Assembly: GCF_964213995.1 (NCBI RefSeq) | Contig: NC_135811.1 | Coordinates: 29,884,001 to 29,948,000, forward strand | From: Mustelus asterias | Taxonomy: Eukaryota | Reading direction: 5' to 3' | DNA length: 64,000 bases | Part shown: one piece after another, positions 12,756-24,489 of the stretch | How the letters are laid out: every line of letters starts with the position of its first letter | Numbering within the stretch: the first letter of the stretch is position 1 | Position numbers and translations under genes: made by a program | Notes under the pieces: model-generated | Database searches by the model: none | Told to the model about the DNA's origin: nothing | What the model saw: the letters and a program-made list of their open reading frames with translations, nothing else

Positions 12756-12782
12756 GATACTGCAGTGCTTATTCAACAGAAG
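12756..12782 (+). CDS. 27-nt Cys microexon (GYCSAYSTE)
   Basis: tttctgtacag|...AAG|gttagt, phase 1-1; one copy follows each intact SMB exon. Confidence 0.75.
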
Positions 12783-12983
12783 GTTAGTAATATTTCAGTT
12801 CATTTTGGTGTAATTTGGGTGCAATTTGAAGAGAATTTATCAGAGTCAGTTCTTTGGTGAGACAAGTGGTGTGGAACTCTCCAGCTCCACTCGCCAGTTT
12901 GCTCCCTGGATCTTGTCATTTTAACTGCTAACAAAACAATGGGTGTGGTTCATGGTGTCACTCTACCATGATGGAGACTCTTG

Positions 12984-13829
12984 GGGCCCTATTTTACCAT
13001 TTTGATTCTAAGTGCTGGGCGGACTTGAAACTGGGAGTGTTTCAGATCCAACTTTTAGACGTGTTCTCACGTGCCGCATAAGCTCTCTGTCTGCAAAAAT
13101 ATCAGCGATTCTGAATCGCGCTACACAAGCCTGTGGGCGGGGCTTAATGCGCCTGAAACCCTGCAGCTCCAATTGGTGGCTCCAACTGCGCATGTGCAGA
13201 AAAAAAATGATGGAATGCTGCTCCTCTGCCACATCCCGCCCGGGCTGGATAATGCCTCCCCCTGGTCCCCATACTGATTGCCCCACCCCCCCCAACATTA
13301 CTGACCCCCTTATCCCCCCACTCCCTGTCATCCGAACCGATCGCAGGCTCCTCCCTCCTCATCCCCCCACCGACCTCAGGCAGAGTGGCAGCGGACCCCC
13401 TCTCACCCCACCCCCCCCTCCCCCCCACCAATATCAAGCAAAGTGGCAGCAGACCCACCGCCCCCCCACCAATCTCAAGCAGTGAGACGTCGGACCCACC
13501 TGCCCCCTGCCACCATCTCAAGAAGAGAGCCATCGGACGCTTGGCACTTATCTCCTCACTAACCCTCACTGACGGAGCGCTTGGATCGGACTGATATGGA
13601 GCATGTCTGTTTTGCGCTGATTCCGGATGGGCGAACGTGGTGGTAAAGGGGAAAGCACTGGTAAAGTTGGGCGTGCAGCCCATTAAGTCAATTTAAATAC
13701 ATGCTTCGCGCCTTGGTAAAAGGGGAACCAGTGCGGAGGCGGGCGCGGATCGCGATACTAGCCTCATGCCCAACTTTACCAAGTTTTCATGCCTGAAAGT
13801 GGGCATAATTCGATGGTAAAATCGGGCCC
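12984..13829. mobile_element. Harbinger-family MITE (846 bp)
   Basis: TIRs GGGCCCTATTTTACCAT / ATGGTAAAATCGGGCCC, flanked by TTG/TTA (TWA-like TSD); non-coding GC-rich interior. Confidence 0.85.
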
Positions 13830-14993
13830 TTAGAGCCGGGAGTCGGCTCCACTGTGATCAGGGAACCTTTTTAAAGACCTTGAGCCCCTGCTGATGATCT
13901 CACAGACAGTGGGTGCGGCTCAAAATCCCACCCTTCGTCTTTCTCCGTCTAAAGTCTGCATAGCATCACTGTAACCTTGTGTTCATCCAAATCTCTGCTG
14001 TCCATTCTCCATTTGGAACTCACAAATGGCCATTCGATATAAGGATTCAGTGAGACTGTTCTCTCTGTTGTGTCTGAGGGTTATGGGACACAGGCCCTCA
14101 CCGAGAATATTAAACCTCTACCCGTGTCTGCAACACCTTTGACGGGAAGGGCTGGGAAATCATTGTTTACTTCTCTAAGTCAAAAATAAGACTTCTCAGT
14201 GGGACCGAGGGAGGCATTTCTACTCTTACCGAACTCGCAATTACAACCAACATTTCCAGTATGATTGCATGAAGGATATGATGGGAGGAGGAGGAGAAAC
14301 GGGTGTGAGTGACTCCCCTTGTCCTCCAGACCTGACCATTTACTCAGCTCAATGACAGATTTCACTGCGGGGGATGTCACTTCATGGGGGAATTTTCTGG
14401 CCCATATTTCTGTTTTTCAAAGGATTCTGTATGTTTGTCGGATGTTTGTTCAACTGTGAATATTAATTCTAATTTATTATGGTAATTTTGCTTGCCACTT
14501 CTGGACTGAAAGCTCCCAAAGAAAATTCAAATGCTTCAAATTAACATCATGTTCCTGGCAGTCTGTAGATGCTGGATTTTGTCTGTAGGCAGCTAGCACC
14601 GAGCATCTTTTCTACAGCAAGATGTACCTGGCATCTGTTCATAGGGTGGGATTTCTCAGCCCTTCCCGCTAGCAGGATTTTCCAGTTACGCCGAAGGTGA
14701 CTCTGTGGCCAATGGCAAGCTGGCTCTGCTGCAGGAAAACTCACTGCAGGGATCTGGAAAATTCCAGCTGTAGACTCTCCTATTGTCCCCAACATGTCAG
14801 AGAGGGGATTCCATTTTTGCTGATAGTGCGAAGGAGGGAAAGGAATAGGAATTTACAGGAGGTGGCACAAAATACATCAGAGCTGGTCATTCTTTCTGAA
14901 ATGTTGTTCAAAACGATCGAATGAAGTTTAAGACTTCTGTAGATATGAAAATTCTTCTTCTTACTTATGCGTTTATTTTTATTATTTTGACAG

Positions 14994-15017
14994 TAACAAC
15001 TGATTCTCCAACATCAG
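14994..15017 (+). CDS. 24-nt linker microexon (VTTDSPTSG)
   Basis: ttgacag|...TCAG|gtatgg; its own SMB copy is truncated, so inclusion is uncertain. Confidence 0.6.
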
Positions 15018-15160
15018 GTATGGAAAGTTCCTTTAACCAAATCCATTGTTCTACTTTTGAATGATAAAAGTTCATTACATTTCTTCAAAAATTTGTAATC
15101 AGTAACATTGTTAACAATCAACACAAGTTCAGATCTAATTTGACATTTACTGTATAACAG

Positions 15161-15199
15161 GACGCAGTGACTCATGCAGATACAACTGTGGGGGCTATT
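15161..15199 (+). pseudogene. 3'-truncated SMB exon copy (same breakpoint as 10035-10073)
   Basis: Intact acceptor, 39 nt of SMB, then ACAATTTACTCAGCTC intron sequence. Confidence 0.75.
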
Positions 15200-15843
15200 T
15201 ACAATTTACTCAGCTCAGTGACAGATTTCACTGCGGAGGATGTCACTTCATGGGGGAATTTTCTGGCCCATATTTCTGTTTTTCTGTTTGTCGGATGTTT
15301 GTTCAACTATGAATATTAATTCTAATTTATTATGGTAATTTTGCTTGCAACTTCTGGACTGAAAGCTCCCAAAGAAAATTCAAATGCTTCAAATTAACAT
15401 CATGTTCCTGGCAGTCTGTAGATGCTGGATTTTGTCTGTAGGCAGCTAGCACCGAGCATCTTTTCTACAGCAAGATGTACCTGGCATCTGTTCATAGGGT
15501 GGGATTTCTCAGCCCTTCCCGCTAGCAGGATTTTCCAGTTACGCCGAAGATGACTCTGTGGCCAATAGCAAGCTGGCTCTGCTGCAGGAAACCCCACTGC
15601 AGGGATCTGGAAAATTCCAGCTGTGGACTCTCCTATTGTCCCCAACATGTCAGAGAGGGGATTCCATTTTTGCTGATAGTGCGAAGGAGGGAAAGGAATA
15701 GGAATTTACAGGAGGTGGCACAAAATACATCAGAGCTGGTCATTCTTTCTTAAATGTTGTTCAAAACGATCGAATGAAGTTTAAGACTTCTGTAGATATG
15801 AAAATTCTTCTTACTTATGCGTTTATTTTTATTATTTTGACAG

Positions 15844-15867
15844 CAACAACTGATACTCCAACATCAG
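15844..15867 (+). CDS. 24-nt linker microexon (ATTDTPTSG)
   Basis: ttgacag|...TCAG|gtatgg, phase 1-1. Confidence 0.75.
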
Positions 15868-16010
15868 GTATGGAAAATTCCTCCAACCAAATCTATTGTT
15901 CTACTTTTGAATGATAAAAGTTCATTACATTTCTTTGAAAATTTGTAATCAGTAACACTGTTAACAATCAACACAAGTTCAGATCTAACTTGACGTTTAT
16001 TGTATAACAG

Positions 16011-16136
16011 GACACAGTGGCTCATGCAGATACAACTGTGGGGGCTATTCTTCAGGTTGTTCCTGTGATTACAACTGTCGATATAATGGCAACTGTTGTT
16101 CTGATTTCTGTGATTACTGCCCTCACGTTAATTCCG
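16011..16136 (+). CDS. SMB exon 2 (…SCRYNCGGYSSGCSCDYNCRYNGNCCSDFCDYCPHVNS)
   Basis: 126 nt, canonical sites, 9 Cys. Confidence 0.9.
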
Positions 16137-17706
16137 GTAAGAGAACTTTCAGATAATAAACTAATGTTTAAATTTATCTTCTTATTTATTCTGATTAAAG
16201 TGATGAACATAAACATAAGAATGGAACATTAATGAAGATTATTGTTCACATTGTGAATCAGTGTAACTGTGTCCAGCTGATGTGAGATTTGTTTCTGTAA
16301 TGTGTGTTGTGATCCGTACTTTATGGACAGAATGGGTTTGTGCTGTACTTTTTAAACGTTAAAACTGCGTCAGAAACGCAGTGTTTGCAAAATGTCTCCC
16401 TGGATCCCATCTTTTCAGTGAAATGTGGCAGGCCTGATTTTGGCAAGTGTAATTGTCGCTCATTAGGAGTGTGTGCTGGGAGTATGGAGACAGATCGGGA
16501 TGATGCTCGGTGTGTAACATTGATTTGACGCTCACCCTGGCACGTCCAACCTCATCACTCCAACTCATGTCCTCCCTAAACCTCACACAGCTGGACATGA
16601 ATTCAGGAGTAGGAAGGACCACCCATCAACCTGATATAAAAGAATCATCAACGACCTGCATGCTCGTGTCAGGTTCAGAGTTGAACTGGATTTTGCTGAC
16701 TTTGTAGAAATGTTGTGAGTTTTCCACTGTTGTTGTAAATTATTGAAGTTTGCAGGGAGTAGTGACACACCTGGTGAAGGCCTTGGTTTTCACTTCAAGG
16801 TTTCAGCTCAGACCCCTTGCTGTCAGTCATGGGCGATTTTCTACCAACAAACCTTGGCCGGCAGAGATTGAGGAGAGGCAGCACAGAGGAGGGCAAGATG
16901 CTCACAGGGAGGAGGACGGGTAGATAGGCTCACCAGATAATGCCTCATGTCCCAGAGTCTTCAAAGGGCAAATCACTTACCTCAACCTTATTGAAGACCA
17001 AGCAGGAACCTTCTATAGGCGTCCAGACCTGACCATTTACTCAGCTCAATGGCAGATTTCATTGCGGAGGATGTCACTTCATGGGGGAATTTTCTGTCCC
17101 ATATTTCTGTTTTTCAAAGAATTCTGTATGTTTGTCGGATGTTTGTTCAACTATGAACATTAATTCTAATTTATTATGGTAATTTTGCTTGCCACTTCTG
17201 GACTGAAAGCTCCCAAAGAAAATTCAAATGCTTCAAATTAACATCATGTTCCTGGCAGTCTGTAGATGCTGGATTTTGTCTGTAGACAGCTAGTACCGAG
17301 CATCTTTTCTACAGCAAGATGTACCTGGCATCTGTTCACAGGGCTGTTGTCTGCCAGCTGGAGAGTCAGTGAGAGACTGTTTTGTCCAATTTACGGGAGA
17401 GTCCACCAAATCACACGTTAATCAGACAGCGGTTTCAAAGGTTTTCACTCCCTGAATGTGCAATAGAATATGACAATCCTCAGCATGTATTTTATTTCTG
17501 GATGGGCATGGGGCTGTATATATTGTGTGTGACAGGCTGGCTGCTACAGGGTGACTTGTACTGTCCAGTTGTTTGTAGATTTGAACAATACTTGATAACT
17601 ATTTCTCTTTTTGTCATGTGTTATATTAATATTTCTGAGTATGAATGGTAGAAGATTCTTCAAAAACACTTGACAATGCAACTAAGCTGAATGTGTTTCT
17701 GTACAG

Positions 17707-17733
17707 GATACTGCAGTGTTTATTCAACAACAG
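17707..17733 (+). CDS. 27-nt Cys microexon (GYCSVYSTT)
   Basis: gtacag|...CAG|gtgagt. Confidence 0.8.
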
Positions 17734-19299
17734 GTGAGTAACATTTCAATTCATTTTCAGTTACTTTATCAGTTTGTATATTTGCTGACTATAGATCTGT
17801 TAGAGCAATTAATCCCAATGGCTGTACTCAGCGAATCACATCGTTGATTTGATAAAGTTTTTCTCTGTTGCCGTCTAAAGCCTGAATAATATCTCTGTAA
17901 CCATGAGTTCATCCAAATCTCTGCTGTCCATTCTCCGTTCGGGAGTTACAATTGACCATCGGATATAGGGATTCAGTGAGACTGTTCACTCCGTTATGTC
18001 GAGGGGTGATGGGACATTGACACTTACCGAGAACAGTAACCCTCAGCCCGTGTTTGCAGCATCTTTGACAGGATCGTCCCTGATGGACATTGGAAATGTC
18101 TCGTTCACTCTTCTACCTTTAATCCTTATTCTTTAATCAAATGAAGTTTCAGTTTGAATAGATATAAAAATGTTCTTGTGGCTTCTGCATTGATTTTTAT
18201 TATTTTCACTGGGTCTAGTGAAACTACATTAATAGCCACGGAATCAACCTTCAAGGACACATATTCGTCCACTTCTGAACAATAGAACTTATTTACATTT
18301 CTTTGATAATTATGGTTTTCAATGTTTTTTTACAGTGAATGTAACGGCTACATGAGAAGAAATAGGGGCAGACCAGGCCATTTGGCCCATCAAACCTGCT
18401 CCTGAATTCAGTGAGATCATGGTTGGTCTGATTGTGGCCAAAACTCCATTTTCCTCTCCCTTGACTCCCTTGTCGATCAAAAATCTGTCCCGCTGCACAT
18501 TGACTATGATCAATGAGCCATCATCCTCTGCTCACTGGGATGGAGAATTTCACAGATTAATAACCATCTGAGAGGAGAAATTCAAATCACCATTTTAAAT
18601 TATTTTGTTAGGGTGAAAAATACAGCTATTCGGCTGCAGTGTACTTCAATCTCAAGAAAACCAGACAAAGACTCTTGCAATGGAATTTTCCTATTCTGCC
18701 CGCCACGGCAATTGTAGCGGGCAGGACACGGACCATGCAAAGGTCCGTTGACCTTGGGCAGGATTTTCCGGTCTTAGAGTGAGCGCGGCTGGCAAATCCT
18801 GCCTTTGGACATTAAGGCAAGGCCTTTATTATGAATTATAGTACAGGCCGGCCCCAGCGCTCCAACCAGTGGTACACCAGGAAGAGCCTTGGTTCAAGAA
18901 TTGTACAGACAGTTAACAGTTAAAACCCAGTTACAAGAAATTTGCATATACCAATCAAAAGATGTACATTTGCACAAGGGTTATCTTTTTCCACTCCCAG
19001 TTATTGATTAGATTTACATCATGCCTAAGGTGTGAACACAATTGACCAATTATGACTTGTGCACATCTCCTTGATTATAATAATATGCAATCAGTGTAAT
19101 GGTTTGTACAATGTTATGTGGTCTGATTTACTACCGGCTCCAATTAGTTTTCAACATAACAATTTATATCTGGCTTGTGGACATCAGTTACACTCTCTTG
19201 ACCCGTTTTCCCAGTGCTTAATGAATTCTCTAGAGTTGCCTCCCTAAGTTATCATTGGATGATTTGGCTGTCAGTGTAGGTGGTGGATAACCCCACATT

Positions 19300-19369
19300 G
19301 TTTTTACAGACCTTGAGATCTAACACCTGTGAAGGTTTTTACAGACCTTGAGATCTAACACCTGTGAAG
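19300..19369. repeat. 35-bp tandem duplication (single copy in the paralogous block near 48725)
   Basis: GTTTTTACAGACCTTGAGATCTAACACCTGTGAAG twice. Confidence 0.85.
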
Positions 19370-20476
19370 TCCTGCCTGGGAACTAGCCCCTGGCTGGTTG
19401 TGTCCTTGGGGTTCCTCCTTGCAGCTAACAGCTTGCCTCTCACAGACTCAGCTGAAGATTTTCAAACCCTTTAAGTAAATAGTGGAGGTGAAAAACATAT
19501 ACTGGAGTTTTAAATTAATTTTTTCAATATAACATCCATATAACCTGCTACACCCTTTTCACTTTCATAGAGTAAGATCAGCATGCGTTGGCGATCTCTA
19601 ATTGCCCTTGAGAAGGTAGTGGTGAACCTCTTTATCGAAGCCCTGGTGTAGGCCCATCCACTATGTTGTTGGGAAGGGTGTTCCGGAATTTCTGACCCAA
19701 TGACAGCAAAGGAATGGTGATATCGATCTAAATCAAGATGGTGTGTGTCTTAGAGGGGAATTTGCAGCTGGTGGTGTTCCCATCCATTTGTTGCACTTGT
19801 CCTTCTGGGTGGATCAAAATGGGTGGATAGAAACAAATGGTTCTCAGTACTTGAGGGGTCTAAACCTAAAAGGCAGAGTTGCTGAAAAAAGCTGTTGAAG
19901 TTTTTCACCCTGCACTCATCAGGACCAATTCGTAAGAATATCAATTCTAAAGTGAACAACAATTTATACTATCTGAGAGTGGTGATTGGTTAGCAAGTGG
20001 GCTATAATTAGTAGAATTGGTATTGTTGCGAACATGTAACGATAAGTGCAAGACAGAGAGCTTCAACAGCTTAATTCTTCTCAACAATACTGAAGTTCTG
20101 TACCACCAAATGGCTACAAAATGAAATGAATGATATTTTGAACAGGAGACTCAGTTTTCACTTCCTCACTCAGAGTCATGAGGAGATTCAATTCATTTCC
20201 AGGCAGAATGTACATTAATATTCAAGATCAGTTGACAGGTAGAAAAGGGGATGAAGGGATATGATAACGAAGTGTAAATATGAATAGAATTATTTACCCC
20301 CATAGTGGGTAAATATTGCCATGGGCTTGTGGGGATGAATTGTCTGCCATTTTCCGATTTGTATGCATTATATCTGTTATCTTATCCCTTTCAAAAATAT
20401 GTTATCATTATTTGTTTATGGTTAACTGAATCATTTTCCTAATTATAATCTGTACCTTTTAAAAAATCTTTTTCAG

Positions 20477-20488
20477 CACAAGAACCAG
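20477..20488 (+). CDS. 12-nt microexon (AQEP) preceding CUB1
   Basis: tctttttcag|CACAAGAACCAG|gtaact, phase 1-1, identical copy at 49867. Confidence 0.65.
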
Positions 20489-20849
20489 GTAACTATTTTT
20501 AAATGTTCCTCATCTTTTTCTTTAAGCTTAAACTTCAGACTGAAGGGATCCCAAATATAGATATTTCACAGCTGAGTTCTGAGCAATTTTATTCTTGCTT
20601 CAATATTTTCCTTCCAAACCTCTTGTCATGAGCTCCCATTTCATGAACACTGTGATTATGCTTAGGTACAGTTACATACAGCCCAGCAACCATCTGCTAT
20701 TTCACCATGTTGCCATTCTTCACGTATGACCCTGAGGTTTGTGGCTGAGCTGACAACAATGGAGCCAATATTGTCAAAGATTTGACTCAACTGTGCAGTC
20801 AACATTTGACAATAATGGAAGAAGATTACATTTTCCTTTATTTTTCATT

Positions 20850-21835
20850 CTCGGGATTTGGGCGTCGATGGCTAGGCCAACATTCATTGCCCATCCATAA
20901 TTGTCCTTGGGAAGGTGGTGGTGAGTTGCCTTCTTGAACCGTTGCTGTCCATGTGGTGTAGATATATACACAGTGCTGTTAGGGAGGGGGTTTCCAGGAT
21001 TTTGATGCAGCGACAGTGAACAAATGGCGATTTAGTCAGGATAGTGTGCGGATTTTGGGGGAAACATCCAGGTGGTGGAATCCCCATGTACCTGCTGCCC
21101 TTGTCCTTCTGGAATTTTAGGTTGTGGATTTGGAAGGTGCTGTCTTAGAAGGCTTGGTGAGTTCCGACGGTGCTTCTTATAGACTGTACTCACTGCTGCC
21201 ACTGTGCTTCAGTGATGGAGGGATCTAATGTGTGTGGAAGGGGTGCCAATCAAGTGGGTGCTTTGTCCTGGGTGGTGTTGAGCTTCTTGAGTGTTATTGG
21301 AGCTACACTCATCCAGGCAAGTTAACATACTACATCACACTCCTGACTTTTGCCTTGTAGACGGTAGACAGGCTTTGGGGAGTCAGGAAGTGAGTTACTC
21401 GCCACAGGATTTCTATCCTTTCACCTGCTCTTTTAGCCACAATATCTATATGTCCAGTCCAGTTCTGTTTCTGGTCAGTGGTAACTCCAGAATGTTGACA
21501 GTGGGGGATTCAGTGATGGTACTGCCATTGAGTATTAAGGGTTGATAATCAGAATCTTTCCTCTTGTAACTAGTCATTGCCTCACACTTTTGTAGTGTAA
21601 ACGTTACTTGCCACCTTTCAGCCCAAGTCCCGTTGCATTTGGGCACGGACTGCTTCAGTATCTGAGGAATCACAGATAGTGCTGAACATTGTGCAATCAT
21701 CAGTGAACATCCCCATTCTGACCTTATGACGGTGGGAAGGTCATTGATGAAGCAGGTGAACATAGTTGGGCCTAGGACACTACCCTGAGGAACTCCTGCG
21801 CTGATGTCCTGGAGCTGAGATGATTGACCTCTAAT
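20850..21835 (-). mobile_element. Old CR1/L2-type LINE RT and 3' fragment (copy at about 50240-51225)
   Basis: [21 protein letters not shown] motif, decayed. Confidence 0.8.
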
Positions 21836-22287
21836 AACCATAACCACCATATAAAAGGTTGAAATGGTAGTAATGCTGCAAATATTAGTAAGAGAAATGA
21901 TTTTAAAATACAGAAATCTAATGGTCTGCTGCAGTAAAGTAACAAAAGGATCCAAATCTTTGAAGATTGGTCACAATGGACTGGTAGAAATGTCAATTCC
22001 TGCAGAACTGCAGTCCTTCAATATTCACATTCACATCTAAAAATCACAAAGTTCACCTTTTTATGATCAAGGGCAAAATAAATCCACACATAGATTTGGG
22101 GAATACTTTCCAAAACTTTCTGCTGAAAATCAAATTCTTTTGCAAACTCTTTTGTTAATTTCTATATATTAGAAAGTGCATAACTCCACCAAGCACTCTG
22201 CAAGTTTATTGAGTTAACAGCTGGATCATACAAACAGGACAACTCGCGATTTTATTGACAATTAGGTTATCCTGGTCTTAGCCAAGA

Positions 22288-22385
22288 GTCACCTGAAGAA
22301 GCGGCTTGCAGCTCCGAAAGCTTGTGTGGCTTTTGCTACCAAATAAACCTGTTGGACTTTAACCTGGTGTTGTTAAACTTCTTAC
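22288..22385 (+). mobile_element. Penelope-type terminal-repeat fragment with 10-bp TSD
   Basis: TTAGCCAAGA / TTAACCAAGA flanks; absent at the paralogous site (about 51668); contains CTGAAGA...GAAA. Confidence 0.65.
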
Positions 22386-22455
22386 TTAACCAAGATAACA
22401 GTAGGGTTGCTATTGGCCTCAGTACCCAGATAAGCTAGTAAAGTCAAACAAAAAC

Positions 22456-23942
22456 AGTGGAAGGATGCATTTCTGAATGGAGGGCTGTGACAAGTGGTGT
22501 TCCTCAGGGATCAGTGCTGGGACCTTTGCTGTTTGTAATATATATAAGTGATTTGGAAGAAAATGTAACTGGTTTGATTAGTAAGTTTGCGGACGACACA
22601 AAGAATTGCGGATAGCGATGAGGACCATCAGAGGATACAGCAGGATATAGGATGGTTGGAGACTTGGGAGGAAAGATGGCAGATGGAGTTTGACGCAGAC
22701 AAGAGTGGCACGGTGACACAGTAGTTAGCACCGCTGCCTCACAGCTCCAGGCACCTGGGTTTGATTGGCGGCTTGGGTCACTGTCTGTGTGGAGTTTGTA
22801 CGTTCTCCCTGTGTGTGCATGGGTTTCCTCCGGTGCTCCGGTTTCCTCCCACAGTCCAAAGATGTGCGGGTTAGGTTGATTGGCCATGTTAAATTACCGC
22901 TTAGTGTTGCACGATGCGTAGGTTAGAGGGATTAGCAGGGTAAATATGTGGGGTTTCCTCCCACAGTCCAAAGGTTAGGTTGATTGGCCATGTTAAATTA
23001 CTGCTTAGTGTCGTGGGATGCGTAGGTTAGAGGGATTAGCAGGGTAAATATGTGGAGTTACGGGGAAAGGGCCTGGGTGGGATTGTTGTCTGTGCAGACT
23101 CGATGCGCCGAGTGGCCTCCTTCTGCACTGTATGATTCTATGAAATGTGAGGTGATGTATTTTGGAAGGTCTAATACAAATGGAAAAGATACAGTAAATG
23201 GCAGAACCCTTAAGAATATTGATAAGCTGAAGGATCAGAGTGTGCAAGTACACAGGTCACTGAAAGTGGCAACGCACGTGGAGAAGGATGTCAAGAAGGC
23301 ATACAGCATGCTTGTCTTCATCGGCTGGGGCATTGAGTTTAAAAATTGGCAAGTTATGTTGCAGCTTTATAGAACCTTAGTTAGACCGCACTTGGAATAT
23401 AGTGATCAATTCTGGTTGCCACACTGCCAGAATGATGTGGAGGCTTTGGAGAGGGTACAGAAAAGATTTACCAGGTTGTTGCCTGGCATGGAGCGCATTA
23501 GCTATGAGGAGAAGTTGGAGAAACTTGGTTTGTTCTCACTGGAACAATGGTGGTTGAGGAGCAACCTGATGGAAGTCTACAAGTTTATGAGGGACATGGA
23601 CAGAGTGGATAGTCAGAAGCATTTTCCCAGGGTGGAAGAGTCAATTACTAGGGGGCATTGATTTAAGGTGCGAGGAGCAAGGTTTAAAGGCGATGTACGA
23701 GGCAGGTTTTTTACACAGAGGGTGGTGGGTGCCTGGAACTCGCTGCCGGGGGAGGTAGTGGAAGCAGATACAGCAGTGGCTTTCAAGGGGCGTCTTGACA
23801 AATACATGAATAGGATGGGAATGGAGGGATATGGTCCCGGGAAGTGTAGGGGGTTTTAGTTCAGTCGGGCAGCATGGTCGGTGCAGGCTTGAAGGGCCGA
23901 AGGACCGGTTCCTGTGCTGTAATTTTCTTTGTTCTTTGTTCT
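22456..23942 (+). mobile_element. CR1 LINE 3' portion with nested HE1-like SINE (about 22705-23135)
   Basis: [36 protein letters not shown] motifs; TTCTTTG tail. Confidence 0.9.
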
Positions 23943-24341
23943 AAGACATCCTCTCAGCCTTTCCATGTACTGTCATTGGTAGTCAGTGTGTATGGTGAAA
24001 TCAGATGAAATCAGAATCAGGCTCATCTGTGATGGCCCACGAGCTGAGCTGTGAGCACTCACTGTCAAGGCAATCAGTAGTGCCAAAAAACATGGCGATT
24101 GGTGACTGGTAGCTGTGGAACATTATAGCAACAATGAGTGAATGGATGTAAGGGAAATTCTGAGAAAAGGAAGATTATCCATGCTTATAATGGAAGGTGA
24201 AACAGGCGCGAGTGTCTATATGGTCACTCTTGCTTAGATTTCTTATGTTCAGGAAAATTGGCAAAGAATAAAAAAAAATTTGATTGTTATTTTCTAATGC
24301 ATTGCATCACATGAATTTATCCATTTCCTTCCTGTTAATAG

Positions 24342-24489
24342 TTGGAACTTGCGGAGGGTATTTTGATGCTGCCTATGGGTCTGTTCTCAGTCCCTATTAT
24401 CCAAACTCCTATCCACATAATGCACAATGCACGTGGTATATAAGGCCGGTCCAAAACCAAAGAATCAAGCTGGAATTCAGTTACCTTGA
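24342..24489 (+). CDS. CUB1 N-half exon (VGTCGGYFDAAYGSVLSPYYPNSYPHNAQCTWYIR…KLEFSYLE)
   Basis: CGG...SPxYP..Y....C.W.I CUB signature; taatag|...GA|gtgagt, phase 1-2. Confidence 0.93.

Noticed and set aside
18810-19535. Possible solo LTR (also about 48235-48925)
   Set aside because: It has TG/CA-like ends and a minus-strand AATAAA, but no TSD or empty site is visible, so boundaries cannot be supported.
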